The notes below the pieces were generated by a model, which worked only from the letters and a program-made list of their open reading frames with translations, had not been told where the DNA came from and ran no database searches. A stretch of DNA of 64,000 bases from an uncultured Pseudomonadota bacterium (GTDB lineage: Bacteria > Pseudomonadota > Gammaproteobacteria > Steroidobacterales > Steroidobacteraceae), in the NCBI GenBank assembly GCA_963839055.1, contig CAWITP010000002.1, positions 162,505 through 226,504 on the forward strand, written 5' to 3'. The translations under genes were made by a program, and so were the position numbers. Each line of letters opens with the position of its first letter. Positions within the stretch are counted from its first letter, which is position 1. This document shows, piece after piece, positions 26,266-35,990 of the stretch.

Positions 26266-27588
26266 ATGAGCGCCGAGGCGCGCATCGCCACGCTGTTGGG
26301 ACGCAGTGTCGCGCTGCAATCGTCCCTTGGCATGGCGTGGCTGCAGCTGACACAGGCCGCCGCGGCCCGCTTCGCAGCGCGCAGCGCGCAGCGCGCAGCG
26401 CCGCTACCCGCCGAGGATGCCCGCGCGCTTTACGATCTCTGGATCGATTGTGCCGAGGCGGCCTACAGCGATGTGGCCCACACCGCCAGCTACTGTCAGT
26501 TGCAGGCGGAGTTGATCAACACCAACGCCGAGTTGCTGTTAGAACAGCGTCGCACAGCAGTAGCGGGCGCAGACTGGATGCTGACGCTGACGCGCCCGCA
26601 GGAGCCATTGCCGGCTGCCGCAGCGCCTGTCGCAGCCGGAGCGCTGCGGCAGGCCGTATGGCAACACGGCAAGAGTGTGCTGTATCGCTACCTGCCGCTG
26701 CCCTTCATCGCGCGCGCGCGCGCAGCGCCGGTGTTGCTCTGCTATTCCCTGGTGAATCGCCCCCAGATCCTGGATCTTCAGCCGGATCGCTCGCTGATAC
26801 GCGGCCTGCTCGCGGCGGGACTCGAGGTGTACCTGCTCGATTGGGGGTATCCCGATGCGAGCGACAGTCAGCTCTCGCTGGATGATTACATCAACGTGCA
26901 TCTGCACGGCTGTGTGCGGCATGTGTGTGCGACCGAGCAGATTGCCGCCGTGAATCTGCTGGGCATCTGTCAGGGGGGAACTTTCGCGCTCTGCCACGCG
27001 GCACTGCATCTCGAGCAGGTGGCGAACCTCATCTGCATGGGCACACCGGTTGATTTTCAGACCCCGGCCGATCTGCTGTCCAAGTGGGCACGACCGCTCG
27101 ATGTGGCGCTGCTTGCCCGGTTAGGCAACTTCTCCGGTCAACTGCTCACCAGTCTGTTCCTGGCGCTGAGTCCCTTTCGCCTGATCCAGCAGAAGTATGT
27201 GAATGCGCTCGAGCGCAGCGCTGATCCGGCTGCGCGCGATTTCTTCCTGCGCATGGAAGCCTGGATCTTCGATTGTCCGGACCTCGCAGCGACGGCGGCC
27301 GCGCAATTTGTGCGCTGCTGCTACCAGGAAAACCGCTTGCTGCACGGATCGCTGCGACTGGGTGCCGACGCGGTGGATCTGCGCCAGATCCGCCAGCCGG
27401 TACTGAATGTCTACGCGCTGCGCGATCACATCGTGCCGCCGGCGGCGAGCACCGCCTTGCGATCGAGGATCGCAAGCCATGACTACACCGACTCGCCGCT
27501 GGATACCGGGCACATCGGGCTGTACGTCAGTGAGCGGGCGCGGCAGCTGCCGCAAATCATCAGCTCGTGGCTGGCCAGCCGTTCCTGA
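26266..27588 (+). CDS. phaC: class III-type poly(R)-hydroxyalkanoate synthase PhaC with N-terminal extension
   Basis: Strong class III pattern: VLYRY, LVNRPQILDLQPDRSLIRGLL, YLLDWGYPD, lipase box LGICQGG, MGTPVDF, FLRMEAWIFD, ALRDHIVPP, GHIGLYVS. The start could be ATG 26266 or TTG 26233. Confidence 0.88.
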   Translation: MSAEARIATLLGRSVALQSSLGMAWLQLTQAAAARFAARSAQRAAPLPAEDARALYDLWIDCAEAAYSDVAHTASYCQLQAELINTNAELLLEQRRTAVAGADWMLTLTRPQEPLPAAAAPVAAGALRQAVWQHGKSVLYRYLPLPFIARARAAPVLLCYSLVNRPQILDLQPDRSLIRGLLAAGLEVYLLDWGYPDASDSQLSLDDYINVHLHGCVRHVCATEQIAAVNLLGICQGGTFALCHAALHLEQVANLICMGTPVDFQTPADLLSKWARPLDVALLARLGNFSGQLLTSLFLALSPFRLIQQKYVNALERSADPAARDFFLRMEAWIFDCPDLAATAAAQFVRCCYQENRLLHGSLRLGADAVDLRQIRQPVLNVYALRDHIVPPAASTALRSRIASHDYTDSPLDTGHIGLYVSERARQLPQIISSWLASRS

Positions 27589-28771
27589 AGCGGGCGAGAA
27601 AATCCGCAAGCGGGGCGGCCGCCAGTGCGGTGGAGATCAGAAACCCCTGCGCGTAATCACAGCCCATGCGCTGCAGTGCCTGCAGGGCAGCCGCGCTCTC
27701 CACGCCCTCTGCAACCACCTGCATCCGGAACTGATGCGCCAGGTTGATGATCACCTCGACGAGGCGTTGATCACCGTCCTCGGTCAGCATGCGTAGGACG
27801 AAAGACTTGTCGATCTTCACTTCATTTGCCGGGATGCGGCGGAAATAGCTGAGCGAGGAGTAGCCGGTGCCGAAGTCATCGATGGAGACGCGCACCCCGA
27901 GCTCGCGCAGGCTGGCCAGCTTGCCGAGGGCCTGGTCGAAATCGGCGATCAGCGCGCCCTCGGTGACCTCCAGTGTCAGTGCATGGGTCGATACATTCCA
28001 GGTGCAGAGCGCGGCACGCACCATCTCGAGGAAGTCCGCATCATGCAGCATCGCGGGCGTCACATTGACGGCCACCGGCAGATTCTGCTGCGCCAGCGAG
28101 AGCTGCAGCGAATTGCTGAGCACATACCAGGTGGTGTCGAGGGTCAGGCCGGCCTTTTCCGCGAGCGGAATGAACACCTCCGGTGAGGCGATCGCACGGC
28201 CCTCCTCGGACCAGCGCAGCAGCGCTTCAACTCCCGCGATCTGCCGATCGGCGATGCGTACCTTGGGCTGATAATGCACCTCGAGCGCGCCCGTGCGCAG
28301 CGCCTGCGCGAATGAGTCACCCAGTGCCCAGGGTTCCAGCATCTTCTCGGCCCGCGCCGGATCGTACAGCTCTACGGTCGGCGCGCCCGAATCGGCGGCA
28401 GTGGTGAGAGCGAGCTGGGCCAGGTGCAGCAGCCGCTCGGGCTCGCGGGCGTGCTGTGGGTAGAGCGCGATCCCCAGGTGCAGGAGCGGGGGGACCGGCA
28501 GGGTGGTCTCCGCCATAGCCTCATCGCACAGCTGCTGCAACCGCTTCGCTGCAAGCAGCGCGTGTCCGGAATTGCGAATGCGCCGCAACACCACACAGAA
28601 GCGACCGTCGCCGAAGCGCAGTACCGAGCCGCGCTCACCCAGCAGAGTGGTGAAGCGGTCGGACAGGCTCTGGAACAGCCGTGCGCTGGCCTCGAAGCCA
28701 AAGCGCGCCTGCATGGCCGGTGCATCCGGCACGGCCGCCAGCATCACCGCCAGCGCATCGCTGACAGTCAT
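27560..28771 (-). CDS. EAL-domain c-di-GMP phosphodiesterase with degenerate GGDEF domain
   Basis: EAL motifs: VEALLRW, NVTPAML, DDFGTGYSSLSYF, KIDKSFV, AEGVES, QGF. The N-terminal GGDEF-like domain carries RFGDGRF where GG(D/E)EF is expected. Its 3' end overlaps the convergent phaC by 29 nt. Confidence 0.88.
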   Translation of the reverse strand: MTVSDALAVMLAAVPDAPAMQARFGFEASARLFQSLSDRFTTLLGERGSVLRFGDGRFCVVLRRIRNSGHALLAAKRLQQLCDEAMAETTLPVPPLLHLGIALYPQHAREPERLLHLAQLALTTAADSGAPTVELYDPARAEKMLEPWALGDSFAQALRTGALEVHYQPKVRIADRQIAGVEALLRWSEEGRAIASPEVFIPLAEKAGLTLDTTWYVLSNSLQLSLAQQNLPVAVNVTPAMLHDADFLEMVRAALCTWNVSTHALTLEVTEGALIADFDQALGKLASLRELGVRVSIDDFGTGYSSLSYFRRIPANEVKIDKSFVLRMLTEDGDQRLVEVIINLAHQFRMQVVAEGVESAAALQALQRMGCDYAQGFLISTALAAAPLADFLARFRNGWPATS

Positions 28772-28848
28772 CTCACGACGCAGGATACCGACGAGCTGTG
28801 AGTAGCTGAGACTGGCTTCGCTCGACTCGCCCGTCGCGGCAGATGCCT

Positions 28849-30129
28849 TCAGAGAAAATACTCCGTCGGGTCGATGTTATAGGCACCGCGTTCGAGGCCG
28901 TGGGTAATCCACAGGCCCGGCTCCTTCTCATTGACGTTTTCTTTGCAGGTGAGCAGATCGAGAGTGACGAAATCCTCGCGCACCTTCTTGTTGGCATCCA
29001 GGATCAGCAGCACTTCAGGCCGCAGCCGGCGGAAGCGGTTCTGGCGTACCACGACACCGACCTCGCCGGTGTTGAGCTCGACCAGCGTGCCGTTGGGAAA
29101 CACCCCGACGGCCTGGATGAAGAGTTCCACCAGCTGCACATTGAAGGCGGCGCCGGCCATGCGCTTGAGCTCTCGGACGGCATCGTAAGGGGACATGGCA
29201 CGCGCATAAGAGCGCTCGGTGATCATGGCGTCGTAACAGTCGACGATGGCCGCGATTCGCCCGAGCAGCGGGATGGCATCGCCGGCCAGGCGCTGCGGAT
29301 AGCCTGAACCATCGCTGCGTTCGTGGTGCGTGCCGACCATGGTCAGGATGGCCTCGTTGATGTTGCCCGCCGCCATCAACAGCTCCTTGCCGTAGGCGAC
29401 GTGCGCACGGATATGGCGCCACTCCTCGTCGGTCGGTTTGCCGGCCTTCTTGAGCAATGCCGGCGGCAGTTTGGTCTTGCCGACATCCAGCAGCAGGGCA
29501 CCGGTTCCCACGGCCTTCAGATCGTCCTTACCCAGTCCCAGGTGACGTCCGAAGGCAAGCGCCCACACAGAGGCGGCGAGTGAGTGGCTGTAAAGATAGT
29601 CATCCGCGTGTTTGAGGCGTGCCAGCCAGCCCATGGCATCACGGTTGCGCAACACGCTGTCGACCATCGAGTCGACCACGTTCTCCAGGTGCGGTACGTC
29701 CAGCGCAGCGCCGCGGCGCAGGTTGTCGAAGATGCTGCTGACCGCCCGCTTGGCCTCGCCATAGGCGCTCACGGCAAGCGTGAGCTCGGTCTGCAACGGC
29801 ACCGCGTCCTGGGGCGGTACGCTATCGATGAAAGCAGCGGGATTGAGCGAGAGCGATTCCAGACGACTCGGCTCCGACTCTGCCTTGTTCTTGGCCTTTG
29901 GCGCCGCGGCAGCCTTCAGCTGTTCAGCCTCGCTGGCGCTCACCTCCACATACACGAAGCGGCACAGCCGGCGCAGCTGCGCCAGCTCCTCTTCGCTCTC
30001 GATCGCAAAACCCTGGAAAAGAAAGGGCGTCTCGGTCCACGGACGGTCGAGGCGCGACACGTAGAGGCCGGTTTTCAGCTGCTCGGTACCGAGCTGCACT
30101 ATCACCTTGGAGTGATCGAGGGTCTTCAT
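28849..30129 (-). CDS. HD-GYP domain protein (DUF3391-type N-terminus) with HD to LD substitution
   Basis: The N-terminus GLYVSRLDRPWTETPFLFQGF is DUF3391-like. HHERSDGSGYP is present, but the usual LLHD(I/V)GK reads LLLDVGK (Leu214 codon at 29488-29490). Confidence 0.85.
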   Translation of the reverse strand: MKTLDHSKVIVQLGTEQLKTGLYVSRLDRPWTETPFLFQGFAIESEEELAQLRRLCRFVYVEVSASEAEQLKAAAAPKAKNKAESEPSRLESLSLNPAAFIDSVPPQDAVPLQTELTLAVSAYGEAKRAVSSIFDNLRRGAALDVPHLENVVDSMVDSVLRNRDAMGWLARLKHADDYLYSHSLAASVWALAFGRHLGLGKDDLKAVGTGALLLDVGKTKLPPALLKKAGKPTDEEWRHIRAHVAYGKELLMAAGNINEAILTMVGTHHERSDGSGYPQRLAGDAIPLLGRIAAIVDCYDAMITERSYARAMSPYDAVRELKRMAGAAFNVQLVELFIQAVGVFPNGTLVELNTGEVGVVVRQNRFRRLRPEVLLILDANKKVREDFVTLDLLTCKENVNEKEPGLWITHGLERGAYNIDPTEYFL

Positions 30130-30316
30130 CAGTGCCTACCGACGGCGGACGCGCGGACACTATGCAACTTTGCGCGGCAAACTGTCCGGGCAGGTGTCGC
30201 AAAAGTGCCGCGCGAGGCGGCAGGCTGCAAAGCGTGACGGAGGTCTCTGAAGCGGCCGGGGCGTTTCAACTTGCGGTACGCTTGGCTCACCCCATCCGCT
30301 ACAGCGGGAGTCCCCC

Positions 30317-31492
30317 ATGCAAGAAGTTGTGATCACCGCCGCGCTGCGCACCGCAGTCGGCAAGTTCGCCGGTACGCTGGCGAAGGTACCCGCTGCCGAG
30401 CTCGGCGCGCAGCTGGTCAGTGCGCTGATCAGCCGCACGGGGGTCAAACCGGCGGAGGTCGACGAGGTCATTCTCGGCCAGGTGTTGACCGCGGGCTGCG
30501 GTCAGAATCCGGCACGCCAGGCCGCCCTCAAGGGCCAGCTGCCCGATAGCGTGCCGGGGCTCACCATTGGCCAGGTCTGCGGCAGTGGTCTCAAGGCCGT
30601 GCAGCTCGCCGTACAGGCCATTCGCCTGGGCGATGCGGACATCATGATTGCCGGCGGCCAGGAGAACATGAGTGCCTCACCCCACGTGCTGACCGGATCG
30701 CGGGACGGGTTTCGCATGGGGGAGGCGAAACTGATCGACAGCATGATCGTCGACGGACTGTGGGATGTGTACAACCAGTACCACATGGGTGTTACCGCCG
30801 AGAATGTCGCGCGCAAATACGATGTCTCGCGGCGTGAGCAGGACGAATTCGCGGCCCGCTCGCAGCAGAAGGCAGAGGCTGCGCAGAAAGCGGGGCGCTT
30901 CAATGACGAAATCCTGCCCATTCAGATCCCCTCGAAAAAGGGCACGACCTCCTTTGCGACCGATGAATACATCCGCCATGGCGTGACCGCTGAATCACTC
31001 GCTGAGCTCAGACCAGCATTCAGCAAGGACGGCACGGTCACCGCCGGCAATGCATCGGGCATCAACGATGGCGCTGCGGCGGTGCTGCTGATGTCGGGGA
31101 AAAAGGCCGCCGAACTGGGGCTGGCGCCGCTCGCGCGGGTGCGCGCCTACTCCACGGCGGGCGTCGATCCACGCATCATGGGGATGGGACCGGTGCCTGC
31201 CAGCCAGCTGTGCCTGCGCAAGGCGGGTTGGTCCCAGGAAGAGCTCGACCTGCTGGAAATCAACGAGGCATTCGCGGCCCAGGCGATCGCGGTGAACCGC
31301 GAGATGGGTTGGGATACCGACAAGGTCAACGTGAATGGCGGGGCGATTGCCATCGGCCATCCCATCGGGGCCTCAGGCTGCCGCATCCTGGTCTCACTCG
31401 TGCATGAGATGACGCGCCGGAATGCGCGCAAGGGATTGGCCAGCCTGTGTATCGGCGGCGGCATGGGGGTAGCCGTTGCCATCGAGCGTTAA
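30317..31492 (+). CDS. acetyl-CoA C-acetyltransferase (thiolase II)
   Basis: [14 protein letters not shown], active-site [43 protein letters not shown]. Confidence 0.92.
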   Translation: MQEVVITAALRTAVGKFAGTLAKVPAAELGAQLVSALISRTGVKPAEVDEVILGQVLTAGCGQNPARQAALKGQLPDSVPGLTIGQVCGSGLKAVQLAVQAIRLGDADIMIAGGQENMSASPHVLTGSRDGFRMGEAKLIDSMIVDGLWDVYNQYHMGVTAENVARKYDVSRREQDEFAARSQQKAEAAQKAGRFNDEILPIQIPSKKGTTSFATDEYIRHGVTAESLAELRPAFSKDGTVTAGNASGINDGAAAVLLMSGKKAAELGLAPLARVRAYSTAGVDPRIMGMGPVPASQLCLRKAGWSQEELDLLEINEAFAAQAIAVNREMGWDTDKVNVNGGAIAIGHPIGASGCRILVSLVHEMTRRNARKGLASLCIGGGMGVAVAIER

Positions 31493-31499
31493 CAGCGCC

Positions 31500-32837
31500 A
31501 TGGCATACCGTCGGAATTGGGGTGTTGCCGGACTGCTGCTGCTGTCTGCAGCGCTGGCCGCAGCCCAGGCGCCGGCAGAGGGACCGCCGGGTCCGCTCGT
31601 GGCGCTGCAATGCGGACACCTGCTCGATGTCGAGACGGGGCGACTGCTGAATGCCAGCACCCTCCTCATCCAGGCCGGCAAGGTGCAACAGGTGCAGAGC
31701 GGCATCCAGAGCCCTGCCGGCGCAAAGCCGATCGATCTTGGCTCGCAGACCTGCCTGCCGGGTCTCATCGATACCCACACGCATCTCACGCTGCAGTTCA
31801 GCAAGGACCACTATTCGCAGGTGTTTCGCTGGAACATCGCCGACTACGCGGTGCACTCCACGGTATACGCCCGGCGCACGCTTCTCGCGGGCTTCACGAC
31901 CGTGCGCAATCTCGGCGACGTGGCCAACGAATCGGTCGCGCTGCGCGATGCCATCAATGCCGGTGCGGTGGTCGGTCCGCGGATCTACACCGCGGGTCGG
32001 GCGATGGGTTCGACCGGCGGGCATGCGGATGCGACCAACGGATTTCGGGAGGACCTGGCTGGCGATCCCGGTCCGAAGCTCGGCATCATCAACAGTCCCG
32101 AGGATGCGATGCGGGCGGTGCGGCAGCACTACAAGGACCGGGTGGATGTGCTGAAGATCATGCCCTCGGGAGGTGTGTTGGATGAGGGTTCCAATGGCGA
32201 GAATCCGCAGCTGACGCTGGAGGAGATCCGCGCCGTGGTCAACACGGCGCGTGACTATGGATTCATCGTGGCCGCGCATGCGCATGGCGCTGAAGCCATC
32301 AGGCGCGCGGTGCTCGCGGGAGTTGATTCCATCGAGCACGGTACCTTCCTCAATGCCGAAGACATGAGGCTGATGGTCGAGCGCGGCACCTGGTATGTGC
32401 CCACCATCATCGCCGGTGATTTCGTCGCACATCAGGCGAAGATCCCGGGGTATTACCCGCCGCAGGTCGCAGCCAAGGCGCTTGCCATCGGACCGCAGAT
32501 CCTGGAAACGGCCGGCAAGGCCTACAAAGCCCATGTCAGGATCGCCTTCGGCACCGACGCGGGCGTCTACCCGCACGGGGAAAATGCGCACGAGCTGGAA
32601 CTGATGGTGCAGGCCGGCATGCCGGCCCTGTTCGTCCTGCAGGCGGCGACGATCAACGCCGCACGGCTGCTGCGACATGACAAGGAGCTCGGCAGCATCG
32701 CTGCCGGCAAGCTTGCCGATGTGGTGGCCGTAGAAGGCAATCCGCTGGAAGACATCAGTGTCATGAAGCATGTCAGCTTCGTCATGAAGGAGGGTGTCAT
32801 CTATAAGATGAGCTCCGTCGCGATACCTCAGAGTTGA
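31500..32837 (+). CDS. amidohydrolase family protein, secreted
   Basis: Signal peptide MAYRRNWGVAGLLLLSAALAAAQA. Metal-binding motifs GLIDTHTHL, VAAHAHG, SIEHG, FGTDAG. Confidence 0.85.
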   Translation: MAYRRNWGVAGLLLLSAALAAAQAPAEGPPGPLVALQCGHLLDVETGRLLNASTLLIQAGKVQQVQSGIQSPAGAKPIDLGSQTCLPGLIDTHTHLTLQFSKDHYSQVFRWNIADYAVHSTVYARRTLLAGFTTVRNLGDVANESVALRDAINAGAVVGPRIYTAGRAMGSTGGHADATNGFREDLAGDPGPKLGIINSPEDAMRAVRQHYKDRVDVLKIMPSGGVLDEGSNGENPQLTLEEIRAVVNTARDYGFIVAAHAHGAEAIRRAVLAGVDSIEHGTFLNAEDMRLMVERGTWYVPTIIAGDFVAHQAKIPGYYPPQVAAKALAIGPQILETAGKAYKAHVRIAFGTDAGVYPHGENAHELELMVQAGMPALFVLQAATINAARLLRHDKELGSIAAGKLADVVAVEGNPLEDISVMKHVSFVMKEGVIYKMSSVAIPQS

Positions 32838-32852
32838 GGTCCGACAGCAAGG

Positions 32853-33404
32853 TCACTTGCCGAAGAATGTTGAATCGACGGGCTTGTGCTGCAGGATCTC
32901 CTCGGGAGTCAGCCCGTGCAGCTCATGAGGGAACACCAGCCACTTGTCGGTGCGGCTCACATGGAAATCAGGCTGCAGACCGGTGCGATTGCGGGTGGGT
33001 TTGTAGTACACGGTCGCGATGCGGATCTTGCCGGGAAGATTACGCCGGCAGCGGCGGGTCAGCTCGCCGATCACTGCCTCGATACTGCGGCCCGAATCAA
33101 AGACATCATCGACGATCAGCAGCTCGTCCTCGTAACTCAGGCGCGATACGAGGTAATCGGTCGCATGCACGCGCACGGTAGGTGCTGGCTGGGCAATGTC
33201 CGTGTAGAGCGAGGTGCGGATGGCGATGTGGTCGCAGGCAATGCCGTGGTACTCGAGCACTTCCTGCACGCTGATGCCGATGGGCGCGCCACCACGCCAC
33301 ATGGCCACCAGGAAGGTGGGACGCAGGCCGCTGTGAACGATCTGCTGGGCCAGCGCCATCGAGTCACGCAGCAGCGAATCAGCAGAGATGAACAGTTTTT
33401 CCAC
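32853..33404 (-). CDS. phosphoribosyltransferase (purine PRT-like)
   Basis: PRPP-binding loop ELLIVDDVFDSGRS. GTG start at VEKLFISADSLL. The longer ORF reaching 33539 overlaps the opgD remnant and is unlikely. Confidence 0.8.
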   Translation of the reverse strand: MEKLFISADSLLRDSMALAQQIVHSGLRPTFLVAMWRGGAPIGISVQEVLEYHGIACDHIAIRTSLYTDIAQPAPTVRVHATDYLVSRLSYEDELLIVDDVFDSGRSIEAVIGELTRRCRRNLPGKIRIATVYYKPTRNRTGLQPDFHVSRTDKWLVFPHELHGLTPEEILQHKPVDSTFFGK

Positions 33405-33418
33405 GTGCCCTGAATGTG

Positions 33419-34410
33419 TCACAGCACGTGGTACTGATACAACCAGGTCTCCGAAAGGGTCTGTGAGCCGTCCTTCAGATACAGGCGGATGTCGACCACG
33501 CTGCCGCTGTTGCCGGTGAAATCGAATTGCGCGCGCCAATGCCCGGGCACACGGTCGGGCACCGCCTCCGTGAACACGTTGGCAAAGGTGCCGGAGGCCG
33601 CGCTCAGCACGGGTTGCGGCTTCGCACCGAAAGGCAGCTTCGCCAGCGGCCCGCCCAGAAGCTCCACCAGCTGCACGGCGCCCTCGCCCCAGTCTTCCTG
33701 TGGCTCAACCCACAGGCTCGGGCGACGGTCATAGCGCACCCCATCCAGGTAGTGATCGAAGTTGCGATCGCGTTGCAGAAGGCCGAAACCACGCAGTGAC
33801 TTGTCGGCGAAGGTGGAGGTCGCTGGCCGCTCCGGATCGTCGAGCGGCCGCCAGATGATCTCGCCGGTTCCGGTCCAGATGGACAGTCCATCCAATGGGT
33901 GCACTTCAGGACGCCAGTCGATCGCCGTCGGCTTGGCGATCTCGGAGTACCAGTACATCGAGCTCATGGGTGCGATGCCGAGCTGCTCGACATCGCGCCG
34001 CAGGAACAGTCGGGCCTCGACGTCCATCTGCACGGCTTTGTCCCGTCGCAGTCCGAAGCGGTACGCGCCTGTAATGTTCGGCCCTTCCAGCGTTACTTGC
34101 CGAGGTGGAAGAAGGTGATCGGGAATTCGCCTGGTCCTGCGCCAAACAGCGCGTCCTCGGGTTTGAATTTGATCCGGCTGTGCGCTTCGTAGTCGATCCG
34201 ATCCAGAAGGGCGGCTGGCAGCGAGTTGTCGCGCTGGTACGGCTGGGCAGCCAGCGCCTGCATTTCCCGGCTCAGGCCGTCGAAGGAGAAGGGCTGCGGT
34301 GGCCCGAGCCGCAGGCCGGCAGGATTCGCAAGAACCGTGAGCGGCCGGGCGAGTGCTGCGAGGGCGAGCGAGGCGGCGGATGCGCCGAGAAGGGCACGAC
34401 GATCGAGCAT
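33419..34410 (-). pseudogene. opgD: decayed glucan biosynthesis protein OpgD/OpgG remnant
   Basis: ORF 34093-34410 encodes a Tat-signal N-terminus (MLDRRALLGASAASLALAALA...FSFDGL...FFHLGK-stop). A different frame continues with LEGPNITGAYRF...RPEVHPLDGL...IWRPL...GFGLLQRDR...RPSLWVEP...LSETWLYQY. The two pieces total about 330 aa, against about 520 aa for intact family members. Confidence 0.75.
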
Positions 34411-34584
34411 CAGGACGTGGCGATCTCGTTCCGAGGTCGGAGCTCGGGAGCAAGTCCAATGCCCGCTCGATGCGCCGCTCCGCAGACGAGCGCGAGCGCT
34501 GCACGCCGGACGAGGGGTCGCGGTGCGAGTCCGCCGCCAGCCGCGCGCTGCGGCCCGAGGCGTCCCGCAGCGCCACCGGAGCGC

Positions 34585-35187
34585 TCAGCTGGTCTTCATG
34601 CCCAGTGAGTGCATCAGCTCGCTCGCCTTGTCCTTCACGGCCTGGCCCTTGGCAACCGCGCTGGAGTAGTCGGCACTCGCCACCGCACTGTTCGCATCGT
34701 TCCACTGGGAGTCGAGCGCATCCGCGCCCTCGCGCGCGGACTGCAGGGAGCTCTTGGTGACCCCTTTGGGAAGACGGTGGCCCTGCGCGAGTGTGTTGAT
34801 CTGCGCATGCAGGTCGGCAACCATCTTGGGCACGTCGCTGCTCAGCGCGCGCCACTGTTGTTTCAGCTTGGCGACCTGCGCGTCATCGGCCGCCTGCTTC
34901 GCCTCGACGTTGCTCTTCAGTTCCTTGATGGCGGCTTTGGCCGCCGGCGCATTCGCAAGCACCGTCTTGTAATCACCGCGCTGCAGGGTCTGTTTCAGCG
35001 AGTTGACCTGGGTTTGGGCGGACTGCAGGGCGTCAGGGGCGTATTTCACCGCGCCGTCATGCACGGCGGCGAGTGAGTCATCGAGCTTGGCCACCGCCTG
35101 TTGGGCGGGCTCCTTCTGGCTGGAACATGCGAGCAAGGCCACGAGCAGTGCGGCCAGGCCTGCCGCAAGTCGCTGGGATCTGTTCAT
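34585..35187 (-). CDS. hypothetical lipoprotein (helical, Ala/Gln/Lys-rich)
   Basis: Lipobox LLVALLACS. CAGGAG lies upstream of the ATG. I recognise no family. Confidence 0.6.
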   Translation of the reverse strand: MNRSQRLAAGLAALLVALLACSSQKEPAQQAVAKLDDSLAAVHDGAVKYAPDALQSAQTQVNSLKQTLQRGDYKTVLANAPAAKAAIKELKSNVEAKQAADDAQVAKLKQQWRALSSDVPKMVADLHAQINTLAQGHRLPKGVTKSSLQSAREGADALDSQWNDANSAVASADYSSAVAKGQAVKDKASELMHSLGMKTS

Positions 35188-35328
35188 TTTCGAGCTCCTG
35201 GTGGTGACTCCGGTTGCGCGCAGCCCCGAGGCAGCCTGCCGAAATTGTTGTGGTCATGACGCGACGAGCCTGCAGCGCCCAAGGCTAAACCTGTGTAGGG
35301 ATTATGACAATGGGGCCGCTGCGGTGAC

Positions 35329-35610
35329 TCAGCGCCGCACGTAACGACGCTCGCCGGATGCAGGATCGTAAAACACTTCGACCGCTTGTCCGCTCGTGGG
35401 ATCCACGAAACGCTCACCGGTCGCCTGCCAGCGCGCATCCGGTGTTGGTTCATAACGGCGATAGCGCCACCGCTCGAAGAGCGTGCCCAGCAGGATCAGT
35501 GCTCCGGCACAAAGCAGATAGATGCCGGGGGGTGCAAGGCCGATGCAAGTGAGCACGGCTCCGCCCAGCATCATCAGGCCGCCAAACCCGATGACCAGGG
35601 CACGCAGCAT
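35329..35610 (-). CDS. small membrane protein (two predicted TM helices)
   Basis: MLRALVIGFGGLMMLGGAVLTCIGLAPPGIYLLCAGALILLGTLF followed by a charged tail. It starts 3 nt after the ybjQ-like stop. Confidence 0.55.
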   Translation of the reverse strand: MLRALVIGFGGLMMLGGAVLTCIGLAPPGIYLLCAGALILLGTLFERWRYRRYEPTPDARWQATGERFVDPTSGQAVEVFYDPASGERRYVRR

Positions 35611-35613
35611 GAC

Positions 35614-35937
35614 TCAGGCCGCCGGCTCGAGCACCACCGCGGTGCCGTAGGCGACGATCTCGCTCATCGTCTGGCCGATCTCCGCAGAGTCGAAACGCAT
35701 CATGACGATGCCGTTTGCCTGCATGAGGCGGGCGTTCTTCACCATCCGGTCAACCGCGTGCCGCCGGGCCTCCTCGAGCAGCTGCGTGTATTCGGTGATC
35801 TCACCGCCAACCAGCGAGCGCAGGCCGGCGACGATGTTGCCACCGAGCCCGCGGCTGCGAACCACGACGCCGAATACCTGTCCCTTGGTCTCCTTGACCC
35901 GATATCCCGGTACGTTCTCGGTGGTAACGACGAGCAT
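35614..35937 (-). CDS. YbjQ family (UPF0145) protein
   Basis: MLVVTTENVPGYRVKETKGQVFGVVVRSRG..GGEI..Y...L..AR..A..RM...A...GANGIV is the YbjQ pattern. GGGAGG precedes the ATG at 35937. Confidence 0.85.
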   Translation of the reverse strand: MLVVTTENVPGYRVKETKGQVFGVVVRSRGLGGNIVAGLRSLVGGEITEYTQLLEEARRHAVDRMVKNARLMQANGIVMMRFDSAEIGQTMSEIVAYGTAVVLEPAA

Positions 35938-35990
35938 ACGAGCCTCCCGCAGTGTGCAGGCGGGCCACGCCGGCCGGCCTGCCTGTCTCA

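Noticed and set aside
34411-34855. The N-terminal 150 residues of the 478-aa ORF 33419-34855.
   Set aside because: The composition is Arg/Pro/Ala-rich with no family signal. It overlaps the well-supported lipoprotein gene 34585-35187. Only the C-terminal part is OpgD-like, and the real OpgD N-terminus is in another frame (34093-34410).
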